From Andalucia godoyi And28 (lineage: Eukaryota; Protista; Jakobida): a stretch of 64,000 bases of DNA. Positions 48,984 to 57,688 of this stretch are shown here, piece by piece; position 1 is the stretch's first letter, and every line of letters begins with the position of its first letter. The notes below the pieces were generated by a model. That model saw only the letters and a list, made by a program, of their open reading frames with translations, did no database searches and was not told the origin of the DNA. Made by a program: the position numbers and the translations under genes. Location: positions 1 through 64,000 of the forward strand of contig VRVR01000022.1 of NCBI GenBank assembly GCA_009859145.1, given 5' to 3'.

Positions 48984-49060
48984 GGAAATTCGATTTGGGT
49001 GACGACTGCACATTTGATATAGAGACAGGACAGAAGAGTTGAAATCATATAGGGAAAAGA

Positions 49061-49336
49061 ATGGTGAGTAAGTGCGCGATTTGCTATACGTTAATGTCCG
49101 TTTGGGCGATCATAATGCTGGTGATTCTTGCGTCCTTGATGCTGAACCACTCCGTTATCTTCCATGACGTAGACGACCTTGAGAAGAAGGCGGAAGGATG
49201 CTTCCTTGCTGCCCTGTATTATGCCATCACGCTTGTTGTCTCTGGAACCTGCTGGATGGTGTCTGCGCGTCGCGAGAAGCAGAGAGAGGCGTTGGAAGCG
49301 CGAAAAATGCAGTATTCGCAAGGGAGGCAATCGTAA
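49061..49336 (+). CDS. RNASEK: Ribonuclease kappa / V-ATPase subunit f-like two-TM protein (91 aa)
   Basis: C...MSVWAIIML.IL...S......D....A..CF.AAL.Y...LVVS pattern with two TM helices. Confidence 0.75.
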   Translation: MVSKCAICYTLMSVWAIIMLVILASLMLNHSVIFHDVDDLEKKAEGCFLAALYYAITLVVSGTCWMVSARREKQREALEARKMQYSQGRQS

Positions 49337-49418
49337 ATTGTCTATTCTTTCCTCTTCCGTCACCTCCCGCGGCTTCAGCTCTTCTTTTGCATCGACTCAT
49401 ACCCCACTTGCTCAAAGT

Positions 49419-49763
49419 ATGCGTCGTAATCCTCGTAGTACCGGTAGTGGGTACTCTCGCGTTCGGACTGAGGAGCCCCATGACGATCTCGACGGCGCGA
49501 GCGAAGATGGAGATGATGTGGCGCTGCCCTATCCTAGCGATCGAGTTGTCGGAGCGGTTCGGACAGGCCGCCGTCGCATCCGAGTCCAGAGCAGCGAGGA
49601 TGGCGAAGGAGGAAGTGCGGATAGGTGGGCAGGAGATCAGGCGGAGCAACGGGAGCAAGAGAAGGAAGAGGAAGAGGAAGAGGAAGTACTGACGAGTGGT
49701 TCTGCGTGGCTTGTAACGGCGGTAATTGGAACTCTTGCGTGTGTCTTGTTATTATTCTTGTAG
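49419..49763 (+). CDS. Small tail-anchored membrane protein (114 aa), unknown
   Basis: Charged, acidic N-terminus (YSRVRTEEPHDD...EEEEEE) and a terminal TM WLVTAVIGTLACVLLLFL. Confidence 0.6.
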   Translation: MRRNPRSTGSGYSRVRTEEPHDDLDGASEDGDDVALPYPSDRVVGAVRTGRRRIRVQSSEDGEGGSADRWAGDQAEQREQEKEEEEEEEVLTSGSAWLVTAVIGTLACVLLLFL

Positions 49764-50083
49764 ATTTGTAATTCTCTGTTTGGTGGGGTTTATTAAAGGC
49801 AAATAAAAGCTCCTGAAGTTCCGTGGATGCCGCTCGCCAAAACATAAATCATTATTGATCATCGGGGCTAAGCTGTCACCGAAGACAGATCCAAGCCAAA
49901 CCAGCACATTCCCCAAGCGATTCAAACATTCAAAAATGAACGCTGAAGGAAACAGAATGTGGTCTCGTGGTTTGATGATCATCAGCCAGCTTGCTCACCA
50001 AGAAACAAAATAGAAATCGTAACTTTCGTACGTCTTCCGAGTTTTTCCGCGGTAGATGATAATGCTGCAGAATATCGTGCGCT

Positions 50084-50093
50084 ATCACGTGAT
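50084..50093. promoter_or_regulatory. ATCACGTGAT E-box palindrome upstream of eIF4A3
   Basis: The motif is seen directly, about 110 nt before the ATG. Confidence 0.4.
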
Positions 50094-50201
50094 CACTGAC
50101 CATTTTTTGTTTTGTTTTTCGATCCATGTTGTAGTATTGTGAGGGAGGTGCATTGTAGTGACTGGTTTACTTCTGAGTGGGCGAGTGAGTGGGTGGAGGC
50201 A

Positions 50202-51392
50202 ATGAGTGATCGAAGTGGGAGTGCGGTGACGTTTGAACAGCTTGGACTGAGTGATAATCTTCTTCGTGGAATTTACGCAAGTGGATTTACAGCACCGTCC
50301 GCGATTCAGATCAAGTCTCTTCCTCCGCTGCTGATTCAAAAGCGCCACGTCGTAGCGCAGGCTCCTTCAGGAACGGGAAAATCGACCATGATCGCAATGG
50401 CTGCGCTGCAGTGCACAACGCTTTCAGAGCTTCTTCCGCAGGTCGTGGTTCTTTCGCCGACCCGTGAACTGGCATCGCAGACAGTGAACGTCGCGAACGA
50501 TATGGGCGTTCACATGACTGGGCTCAAAACGATGACGTGTGTTGGGGGAACATTGCTGGGAAACGATCTTAAACAGCTTGACTCGGGCGTGCATATCGTG
50601 TCTGGGACGCCGGGACGTGTGCTGGACGTGCTGAAGCGAGGTGCTTTGAATCCGCGAAAGGTGAAGATGTGGGTCCTCGACGAGGCCGATGAGCTGCTCA
50701 AACTTGGCTTCCGAGAAGCAATCTCGGATATCTTTCGATACCTGTCCTCGGCAACTGCGAAATCGACGAAATCGGGCGCTGGACTGCAGTGTTTTGTGAT
50801 CAGCGCAACGATTTCAAAAGAGGTCCTCGAGCTTGTGCAGCCGTTCTTCTATGAACAAGAACCTGTGAAGATCCTGGTTCGGAAAGACCAGATTAGTCTG
50901 GAAGGAATTCGGCAGTTCTATGTGGATGTCGAAAAGGAAGAATGGAAGTTTGAAACGCTCTGTGATCTGTATGATTCACTCGTGATTACGCAAGCCGTCA
51001 TCTTCTGCAACAACAAGTCTACCGTCGACTCGCTCTCAAAGAAGATGACGCAGTCCGGCTTCACAGTGGCGGCAATTCACGGAGATCTGGATCAAACGCA
51101 GCGAAACAAGGTCATGGACGACTTTCGAAAGGGGGAAGCACGAGTCCTCATAGCCACGGACCTGTGGTCAAGAGGTCTCGATGTCTCGCAGATCTCGCTT
51201 GTTATCAACTACGATGTTCCACGGAGCAGGGATGTGTACTTGCACAGAATTGGTCGTTCAGGTCGGTATGGCAGGCGCGGAGTGGCAATCAACCTTGTTA
51301 CTGCCGACGACCGATCCATCATCCGTGAACTGGAGGACTGGTACAAGGTCCGCATCACACAGATGCCTCGGGATCTCGACATTATGAATTAA
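50202..51392 (+). CDS. EIF4A3: DEAD-box RNA helicase eIF4A-III-like (396 aa)
   Basis: Q motif GFTAPSAIQ, SGTGKS, PTRELA, TPGRV, DEAD, SAT, TDLWSRGLDV (W typical of eIF4AIII) and HRIGRSGRYGR. Confidence 0.85.
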   Translation: MSDRSGSAVTFEQLGLSDNLLRGIYASGFTAPSAIQIKSLPPLLIQKRHVVAQAPSGTGKSTMIAMAALQCTTLSELLPQVVVLSPTRELASQTVNVANDMGVHMTGLKTMTCVGGTLLGNDLKQLDSGVHIVSGTPGRVLDVLKRGALNPRKVKMWVLDEADELLKLGFREAISDIFRYLSSATAKSTKSGAGLQCFVISATISKEVLELVQPFFYEQEPVKILVRKDQISLEGIRQFYVDVEKEEWKFETLCDLYDSLVITQAVIFCNNKSTVDSLSKKMTQSGFTVAAIHGDLDQTQRNKVMDDFRKGEARVLIATDLWSRGLDVSQISLVINYDVPRSRDVYLHRIGRSGRYGRRGVAINLVTADDRSIIRELEDWYKVRITQMPRDLDIMN

Positions 51393-51567
51393 TGGATCCC
51401 AAGAGGCTTGTGTTTCTTTCTTTGTTTTTCCTTCCTTCTTCTTTTTCATTTTTATATAAGCTGTACATTCCTTCGATTTGCCGCGGAAATAAACACCCCA
51501 CGCCCCGCACTCATCTGAACCTTCTTCCGGTGGGATGCTTCATGACGTTCACACGTCATTGCACATT

Positions 51568-53331
51568 CTATCGCATTTGCATACGGACGGCCCACCGCAA
51601 ATCATCTCGGCGTTTCTCAGTCGGCACGTCGTACCCCTCCAACACTCGTTCTCGCTTGATCACTCCACGTTCGCGGTCCCGCTCTCGCTGCTGCGAAACT
51701 TTGCGCTCTTCGGCATCCTTGACCTGCTGCGCCATGCGAACTCGCACCGCCCAGCGAGTATCCTTCTGCCCGTTGTTCGCCAAAAATGAGTCTCGCTTCC
51801 AGATGGACTGCATCCTTTGATACCGGGAAACCGGGTCTGCCTTTCTCCGTAACGTCGTTGTCGCGTTCGCCACAGATGAAATGTTGGATCGGGCAGAAAG
51901 CGGTCGTCGAGCAGACAGCGGCGTGGCACCGGCACCAGCACCAGCACCAGCACCAAGACCTGTGCTCGCACTACCACACGGAGAAACAGCCGCCAATCGT
52001 CCGGCATTCCCATAGGAAGACGCTGGTCGCACTGGAATCTTGCTTCCAAGATGCGTGGCTGTTCTTCGAGGAGTGCTGGACGGCTCTGCATACTGCCGCA
52101 TTGTTGCAGAGAGAGGTCGGCTTTTTGCCATGGGTGTGCTTGCGGTGACAGTCTTTGCAGATGCTGGTCTCGTCTTCTGCGAGCCAGCCTTTTTCTGCGG
52201 ATGAACTGCAGAAGAGCGAGTTTGCTGGAATGTCGAACCTCCACCACCCCTCGCACGATCTTCCTTGTCCTCCTCAGCAACATCTTCCTCATCCGAATAC
52301 CCCCGGATGGTACGACGCATGCGATCAAACACGCTTTCCCTCTTCCAATAGGACGACTCATTATCATGCTCATTCTCGTTTCCCGCATCTTCGTACACCT
52401 TGTACCGTTCCAGATCTTCATCGTCCTCAGAAGCTCCTCGCTGGTGCTCGTGCTGGTGCTCGTGCTGGTGCTGGTGCTGGTGCTGAATTCGATCGCTCGC
52501 GCCATATGGCCTCATACGATTCTGCTGACTGGAAAATCTCTCATCCAGTCTTGGCGCATCCTCGTCGTCTCCGTTATCGTTGCTGTCGTTTTCAGAACCG
52601 GAAGACTCGGACAGTGACAACTGTGTCGTATCCTCGGCATCTCCATCATCCGCTCCAGAACGCCGAAACCCTTCCACAGTCTTTGATTGCGGCATTCGAT
52701 CCCCAGAGCCCTGATAGCCGCTTCTCTGCCGATGCACCTGCTCCTCAGCCTCTTCTTCATCATCGTCATCATCATCGTCAGATTCTCCCGATCGACGACT
52801 GCGTCGAGATTCATTCATGCCAAACTCGGCATACGCTGCAGAAAGTCTCTTCCGAATATACTCGTCATCGGACAGGTCATCCGATCCATACCCTTCTTCC
52901 TCTCCATCATGTTCACGCCGCGGCTGCACTCGGTGCTTCTTCGCTTCCTGCTCTTGATGAACAGCGTGTCGGCTACTTCTACCACCACTGACGACAGCAG
53001 GGCGATGCTTCTTGTCACTCGACAAAGGATGCTCAACATTCAAATCAAGTCGGCGAGGAAGATGCTTCTTTGGCGGACTGGACGCCGGTCTCGTGTCTAC
53101 TCTCTCCTCATCAATATCTTCTTCCTCTTCATCGTCTGCATCGTCAGTGCCGCCGCCGCTGCTGTCCATTTCTTCCAGAATTGATCGCTTTCCAAGATGC
53201 GCCATCGACGACTTTGACGAATTGGAAAGGATCATCGAATGCTCAGCGAGAAACTCGTTCCAAACGGACTCAGGAAGCTGGATCCCAAGCCGCTCAAGCT
53301 CTGCCTGGACTTCGGATACTGAAATCGACAT
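51568..53331 (-). CDS. HYLS1: HYLS1-like centriolar protein (587 aa)
   Basis: C-terminal KADPVSRYQ....W...TRWAVRVRM...Y.VPTEKRRDDLRWAVR matches the recalled HYLS1_C domain. N-terminal EVQAELERLG helix. Confidence 0.82.
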   Translation of the reverse strand: MSISVSEVQAELERLGIQLPESVWNEFLAEHSMILSNSSKSSMAHLGKRSILEEMDSSGGGTDDADDEEEEDIDEERVDTRPASSPPKKHLPRRLDLNVEHPLSSDKKHRPAVVSGGRSSRHAVHQEQEAKKHRVQPRREHDGEEEGYGSDDLSDDEYIRKRLSAAYAEFGMNESRRSRRSGESDDDDDDDEEEAEEQVHRQRSGYQGSGDRMPQSKTVEGFRRSGADDGDAEDTTQLSLSESSGSENDSNDNGDDEDAPRLDERFSSQQNRMRPYGASDRIQHQHQHQHEHQHEHQRGASEDDEDLERYKVYEDAGNENEHDNESSYWKRESVFDRMRRTIRGYSDEEDVAEEDKEDRARGGGGSTFQQTRSSAVHPQKKAGSQKTRPASAKTVTASTPMAKSRPLSATMRQYAEPSSTPRRTATHLGSKIPVRPASSYGNAGRLAAVSPCGSASTGLGAGAGAGAGATPLSARRPLSARSNISSVANATTTLRRKADPVSRYQRMQSIWKRDSFLANNGQKDTRWAVRVRMAQQVKDAEERKVSQQRERDRERGVIKRERVLEGYDVPTEKRRDDLRWAVRMQMR

Positions 53332-53402
53332 GTTCCGTCTTGTATATTCGTAAGTGTGGCGGGGAGGGTTAGTAACAACAGCCAGTCTTTAGACAATCTA
53401 AG

Positions 53403-53416
53403 TTATTGTTGTTGTT

Positions 53417-53452
<36 letters not shown>
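53403..53452. repeat. (TTG)n microsatellite
   Basis: Directly visible. Confidence 0.9.
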
Positions 53453-53453
<1 letters not shown>

Positions 53454-53605
53454 TTTTTTGTTTAATTAAAAAAATAATAATAAAACGAAAACAAAAACCA
53501 GAAAATGAAAAGCGAAATGAAAAGTCAAGTTTGGGACTTCGAAACGGGAATTTCAAAAGGAGTTTGGAAACTTTTTAACGGAACACCAAAAAAGGGGGCT
53601 CCAGC

Positions 53606-53615
53606 ATCACGTGAT
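53606..53615. promoter_or_regulatory. ATCACGTGAT E-box palindrome between divergent HYLS1 and DUF229 genes
   Basis: The motif is seen directly; function is inferred from position. Confidence 0.4.
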
Positions 53616-53807
53616 ACAAACAATAAAAATTAAACAACCCTTAATATGTGGACATAGAGAACGATCTCGTCAAACTCGTCTCTCGCATTTGCTTTCGTTC
53701 GCTCGATTCCATTTGATTCTCTACTTGGATTCTTCTTTAATGAGTTTTGAATTTGTTTTGCAAGAATATAAAAGTTGTATAGAAGAGCGTGTATCAGTAT
53801 ATGCAGT

Positions 53808-55985
53808 ATGCGGTTGATGTCGTGGATCACGTCTAGTGAACACTTTCCGACTGTCCGAGTGTTTCTTCCCCTAGTTTCGTTTTATTTATCCTTTCTAGCG
53901 CGCGATCACTATGCAAAGTCCCTTGGAGCCGGGACATCCGAGTTTGATGTTCAGATCACGCACTTGTTTCTCTCTCTTTTCTTAATTGCGGCGGCGCTGT
54001 TCCTTATTCTGGTGTCAAATGTCCCTGTGTGGGCTAGAACCGTGTGCTGCTTGTCGATCCTCGGATACTTTGCAGTGCTGATGGGGTCCGCAAAGGTCGA
54101 TCGGAAGACCAACCTCACGCGGTCGTTGCTCAATTTACTCGCGACATCGATGGTCCTTCTTGCTGCTTCGGTGGGTCTTACAATATATGGATGCGTCAAG
54201 TTTCCGGTGTTTCACAGGAGGCGATTGGGAGTGCCCATTGGGCTCTGGATGGCTGTTTTCGCCGTCGGTACTATGTCCCTGTTCTACACCTCAAGACTAC
54301 TGTGGTTCTATGTTGCGTGGCCGAAAGGCATCCACGACCATTTGTACTCGTCGGAGGGAATCCGCGCAACATCGGATGATCCAGCTGGGACGCTCAGCCC
54401 ACCGTATGCTTGTTTGATCAACACCCCGTTCCCGTATCTCAGTGCGCTGCCGGATCAAGCACTCAATTTCTGGGCGGGAGGCCTTCACTGCCCGTCGAAA
54501 GTCGGTGATTTGGCCACACTGCGCTGGGATCCAGTCTCGGTGTCCGTTCTCGTGCAGCTCAGGTGCGACGGAACGCAAGCGCCCGTGGGCGTCACTGTCA
54601 ACCCAACGAACATCGAGCAGAGTCTTAATGAGCCATGGTACGAAGAACGCATGTTTACGGAGTGGTTGGAACATGCGAAAAAGGCTGCAAAGACGCCGAA
54701 AGTCTTGTTTATGAGCCACAAGCCGGTGCAGCTGTCGGACGTCGAGATTGAGCTTCCGGCAAATGCTGACTGGATCGAGGTTCGATGCGGAGTTCAACGC
54801 CGGATTATGCCAGTCGTTGCTCCAAAATTCATGACATTTAGACCGCACGACATGAAGAAGTCGGTTGCGGATTGGAAGGCGCTTCGACCGAATGTTATCA
54901 TGCTCCTATTTGATGCTGTTTCGAGACCGCAAGCGCATCGTGCGCTTCCGAAGACGTTTGCTTTGCTAGAACAATTCGCACCGGGGCTTGTGCACGCAAA
55001 GGAAGAAAAGACGGCACCAGTGTATGGATATCTCCAAAATCGGGTGAAGATGGACGCTTTCGAATTTATGCGGTACCATTCTCTTGGCCATGCCACGGCC
55101 CACAACGCACCGCGGATGACCAGAGGCATGGCAACGTGCGATCCCGACGAGGTTGCATCGCCATTCAAAAGCGACTATGGAGCTTCTCCCTGCAACAACG
55201 ACTTTGAGACGCATCCGTTTCTCTGGCAACAGTTCAAGGGCGCAGGATATGCCACCATGTTTAATGTTGCGGAATGCGACGACTATCTGTCCGCATTGAA
55301 TGCCCCGTTCCGAGCTTCCGGGTCGTTTATCCACAAGTTTGTGGATCACTATTTGTCACCCATGTACTGTGATGAGGAATACGATGGAGCAGAGAGATCG
55401 AATTTCCAAGGGGCGTACGGTCTGACGAGGAGATGCATGGGCGGTGCATCTGTGTTTGACATTTCAATGGAGGCGGTGTCGCAGGCTCTTGATCACTATT
55501 CAACATCTCTCACTCCCCTCTTTGCCTATGTCCACTTGATGGAAGGCCACGAAGGCACCGGAGAAATCATCAAGTCTGTGGACGCTGCTCTTGTCGCTTG
55601 GCTCGAGAAGACCATGGTGCAGTACGGACACAACACGATTTTTGTCCTCGCAAGCGACCATGGCTCGCACATGGGGCCGAACTACTTGGTCACTCGTGCA
55701 GGTTCGTTGGAACATAGGCTTCCATTGTGGGTCACAGCATTTCCAAAATCCTACGTCGACCATCGCAACATTCGCGCAACGCTGCTTGACAACACCAGAC
55801 GACTGGTCACCGCCGATGATTTCCATGCCACATTTGCAGACATTGCCGCCACTGCAGCCGGGAAACCTTACGTGGCGAACGGAAGACTCGGCAAGAGCCT
55901 TGCTGCCGAAACAGTCGGCGATCGCCCCTGCAACGCCGTCGGCATCAAGCGCAACTGCCTCTGCTCTCCTTCCGTCGTACCGTAG
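53808..55985 (+). CDS. DUF229 family (alkaline phosphatase/sulfatase superfamily) membrane protein (~725 aa)
   Basis: N-terminal TM helices. PNVIMLLFDAVSR...RALPKT, GYATMF..EC, DHYLSP, HLMEGH, LASDHG, EHRLP and LVTADDFHAT. Confidence 0.85.
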   Translation: MRLMSWITSSEHFPTVRVFLPLVSFYLSFLARDHYAKSLGAGTSEFDVQITHLFLSLFLIAAALFLILVSNVPVWARTVCCLSILGYFAVLMGSAKVDRKTNLTRSLLNLLATSMVLLAASVGLTIYGCVKFPVFHRRRLGVPIGLWMAVFAVGTMSLFYTSRLLWFYVAWPKGIHDHLYSSEGIRATSDDPAGTLSPPYACLINTPFPYLSALPDQALNFWAGGLHCPSKVGDLATLRWDPVSVSVLVQLRCDGTQAPVGVTVNPTNIEQSLNEPWYEERMFTEWLEHAKKAAKTPKVLFMSHKPVQLSDVEIELPANADWIEVRCGVQRRIMPVVAPKFMTFRPHDMKKSVADWKALRPNVIMLLFDAVSRPQAHRALPKTFALLEQFAPGLVHAKEEKTAPVYGYLQNRVKMDAFEFMRYHSLGHATAHNAPRMTRGMATCDPDEVASPFKSDYGASPCNNDFETHPFLWQQFKGAGYATMFNVAECDDYLSALNAPFRASGSFIHKFVDHYLSPMYCDEEYDGAERSNFQGAYGLTRRCMGGASVFDISMEAVSQALDHYSTSLTPLFAYVHLMEGHEGTGEIIKSVDAALVAWLEKTMVQYGHNTIFVLASDHGSHMGPNYLVTRAGSLEHRLPLWVTAFPKSYVDHRNIRATLLDNTRRLVTADDFHATFADIAATAAGKPYVANGRLGKSLAAETVGDRPCNAVGIKRNCLCSPSVVP

Positions 55986-56326
55986 TCAGCTCGACGGAAA
56001 AGCAAAAAATATTTTTAAAACAATATCGAAATAAAGACGAAATTGATGCCTTGATGCAATCCTGGTTTGGGCCCTGCCTGTCAACTCTCGTCTCTCTCTG
56101 TGTCTCTCTCTCTCTCTCCCTCTCCTTTCTCCGAGCCCAAAGTACGTGTCTCCGTCGCTTCCCTTTTTCTTTTTGGTTTTTTGTTTTGTGGTCGACTATT
56201 TCGTATAGGCTCATTTCATAATAATTGTTATTGCTGTTGTTGAATAATTTCTATTAATATTATTAATATTATTATATTTTTTATTATTATTATTATTTTA
56301 TTTTATTTTTGGTGCAGCGGAGAAAG

Positions 56327-57142
56327 ATGAGTGATGAGCGCCTTGATGCAGCGCTTGATTTGATGCGCCGAATGAGTCCTGCAAAGACTGCGGAGAATCT
56401 GACTCGGCTCGCAGCGCTTGTTCCGGAGATGACGGATTCGCTTCTGCAGACGATTGACCAGCCGCTGAAGTCGACGCAGTGTCCGTCGACTGGAAACCAG
56501 TTTTTGCTATCAGACTTCAACCGCGATGGCGACTCGTTCCGGTCTCCGTGGTCCAATGAGTACGTTCCAGCAATCGAAGACGGGATCTCGCCTTCCGAGG
56601 CCCTGCGTCTTGTGGAGCGCGAAATGAACGAGACGTGGAAGGCATATGCACGGGCGTATCATGACCAGGGCGCGGTGTCTTCTGTGTACTGCTGGGATCT
56701 TGAAGATGGGACGTTTGCGGAAACGGGAGGGTTTGCAGCAGCGTTTCTGATCAAGAAGCAGCTTGAAAAGGGCTGCTGGGACGCTATTCATGTCGTTCAG
56801 GTCAACCCCGCCCAAGGGTCACAGGACAGGGCTACGTATACTCTGACGTCGACGGTCATGGTTGCACTGGAAGCAAGAGATATGGATCTTGGTGGGTCGC
56901 TGACGAGACAGCGGTCCGTGGAAATGGCGCTGCGGCACGGAAAGCGATCGCACATCGCAAACATTGGAGGAATGATCCAGGACGAGGAGCTCCGGCTTAG
57001 AACCCAGATCGAAGATGTTTACTTTGGAAAAACCGCTGAAATTGCTGGTTTGCTTCACTCCAGGACATCTTTGCAAGAACGGGATGCGCGCAAGAACCTC
57101 GCGATGGGCCTCTCTGCCGCCCTCAACAACCGCAAGGCTTAG
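56327..57142 (+). CDS. CAPZB: F-actin capping protein beta subunit (271 aa)
   Basis: AALDLMRRMSP, LLQTIDQPL, DFNRDGDSFRSPWSNEY, GAVSSVYCWDL, WDAIHVV, GGSLTRQ, SHIANIG.MI.D.E..LR..I..VYFGKT. Confidence 0.97.
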   Translation: MSDERLDAALDLMRRMSPAKTAENLTRLAALVPEMTDSLLQTIDQPLKSTQCPSTGNQFLLSDFNRDGDSFRSPWSNEYVPAIEDGISPSEALRLVEREMNETWKAYARAYHDQGAVSSVYCWDLEDGTFAETGGFAAAFLIKKQLEKGCWDAIHVVQVNPAQGSQDRATYTLTSTVMVALEARDMDLGGSLTRQRSVEMALRHGKRSHIANIGGMIQDEELRLRTQIEDVYFGKTAEIAGLLHSRTSLQERDARKNLAMGLSAALNNRKA

Positions 57143-57688
57143 GAAAACGAAAGGGGACTCCTGTCTACCTGGCTCTCTAGTTCTGACCCTATCTCTCGCT
57201 TCCACTGGAGTGCATGTGGGCTGCTTCCTTTCTGTCATCTTCTGTCCTCAAAAAAGAAAAGAAAAAAATAATCTGTTTCACTCTTGAACTTTCTCTGTTG
57301 TTTTCTCCGTCCTTGTGTGTGCGTGTGTGCGTGTGTGTGTAGCACGTTTTTTGATTGTGTTGCTGTTGCTTTTTTTCCCTTGGTGGGGAGGACGTTTGAG
57401 ACTTCCCGACGATAATTTTTGTTTCATTTGGTCCCAGTGCAACTGCGCAATGGGCAAAAGAGAAGGAAACAATGAATAAACGAAAAGACCTCTAGGGAAA
57501 AAAGAGCAACATCTTTGGTTTTGCTTGTTCGGAACCTTGGTTATACTTTCTTTGGAAGCTTCCTGTTTTCTCTTTTGATGACGCATCAACAAAGCCAATG
57601 TGTTGCTGTTCACATACGTATATGTATTATGTGGGTATATATTACATGCCGATATGATACATGAGAAACCGAGGAGCGCAGGTCGTTG

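Noticed and set aside
49061-49070. Perfect donor ATG|GTGAGT at the RNASEK start
   Set aside because: The unspliced reading MVSKCAIC already fits the family, so no intron is needed.
49800-50036. U3 snoRNA-like words on the minus strand (AAGAC, ATTTCTAT, AAACCACGAG, CAGCGT, GATGATC)
   Set aside because: Box A', the full box A, box B and the terminal box D (CTGA) are not properly present, so the resemblance is piecemeal.
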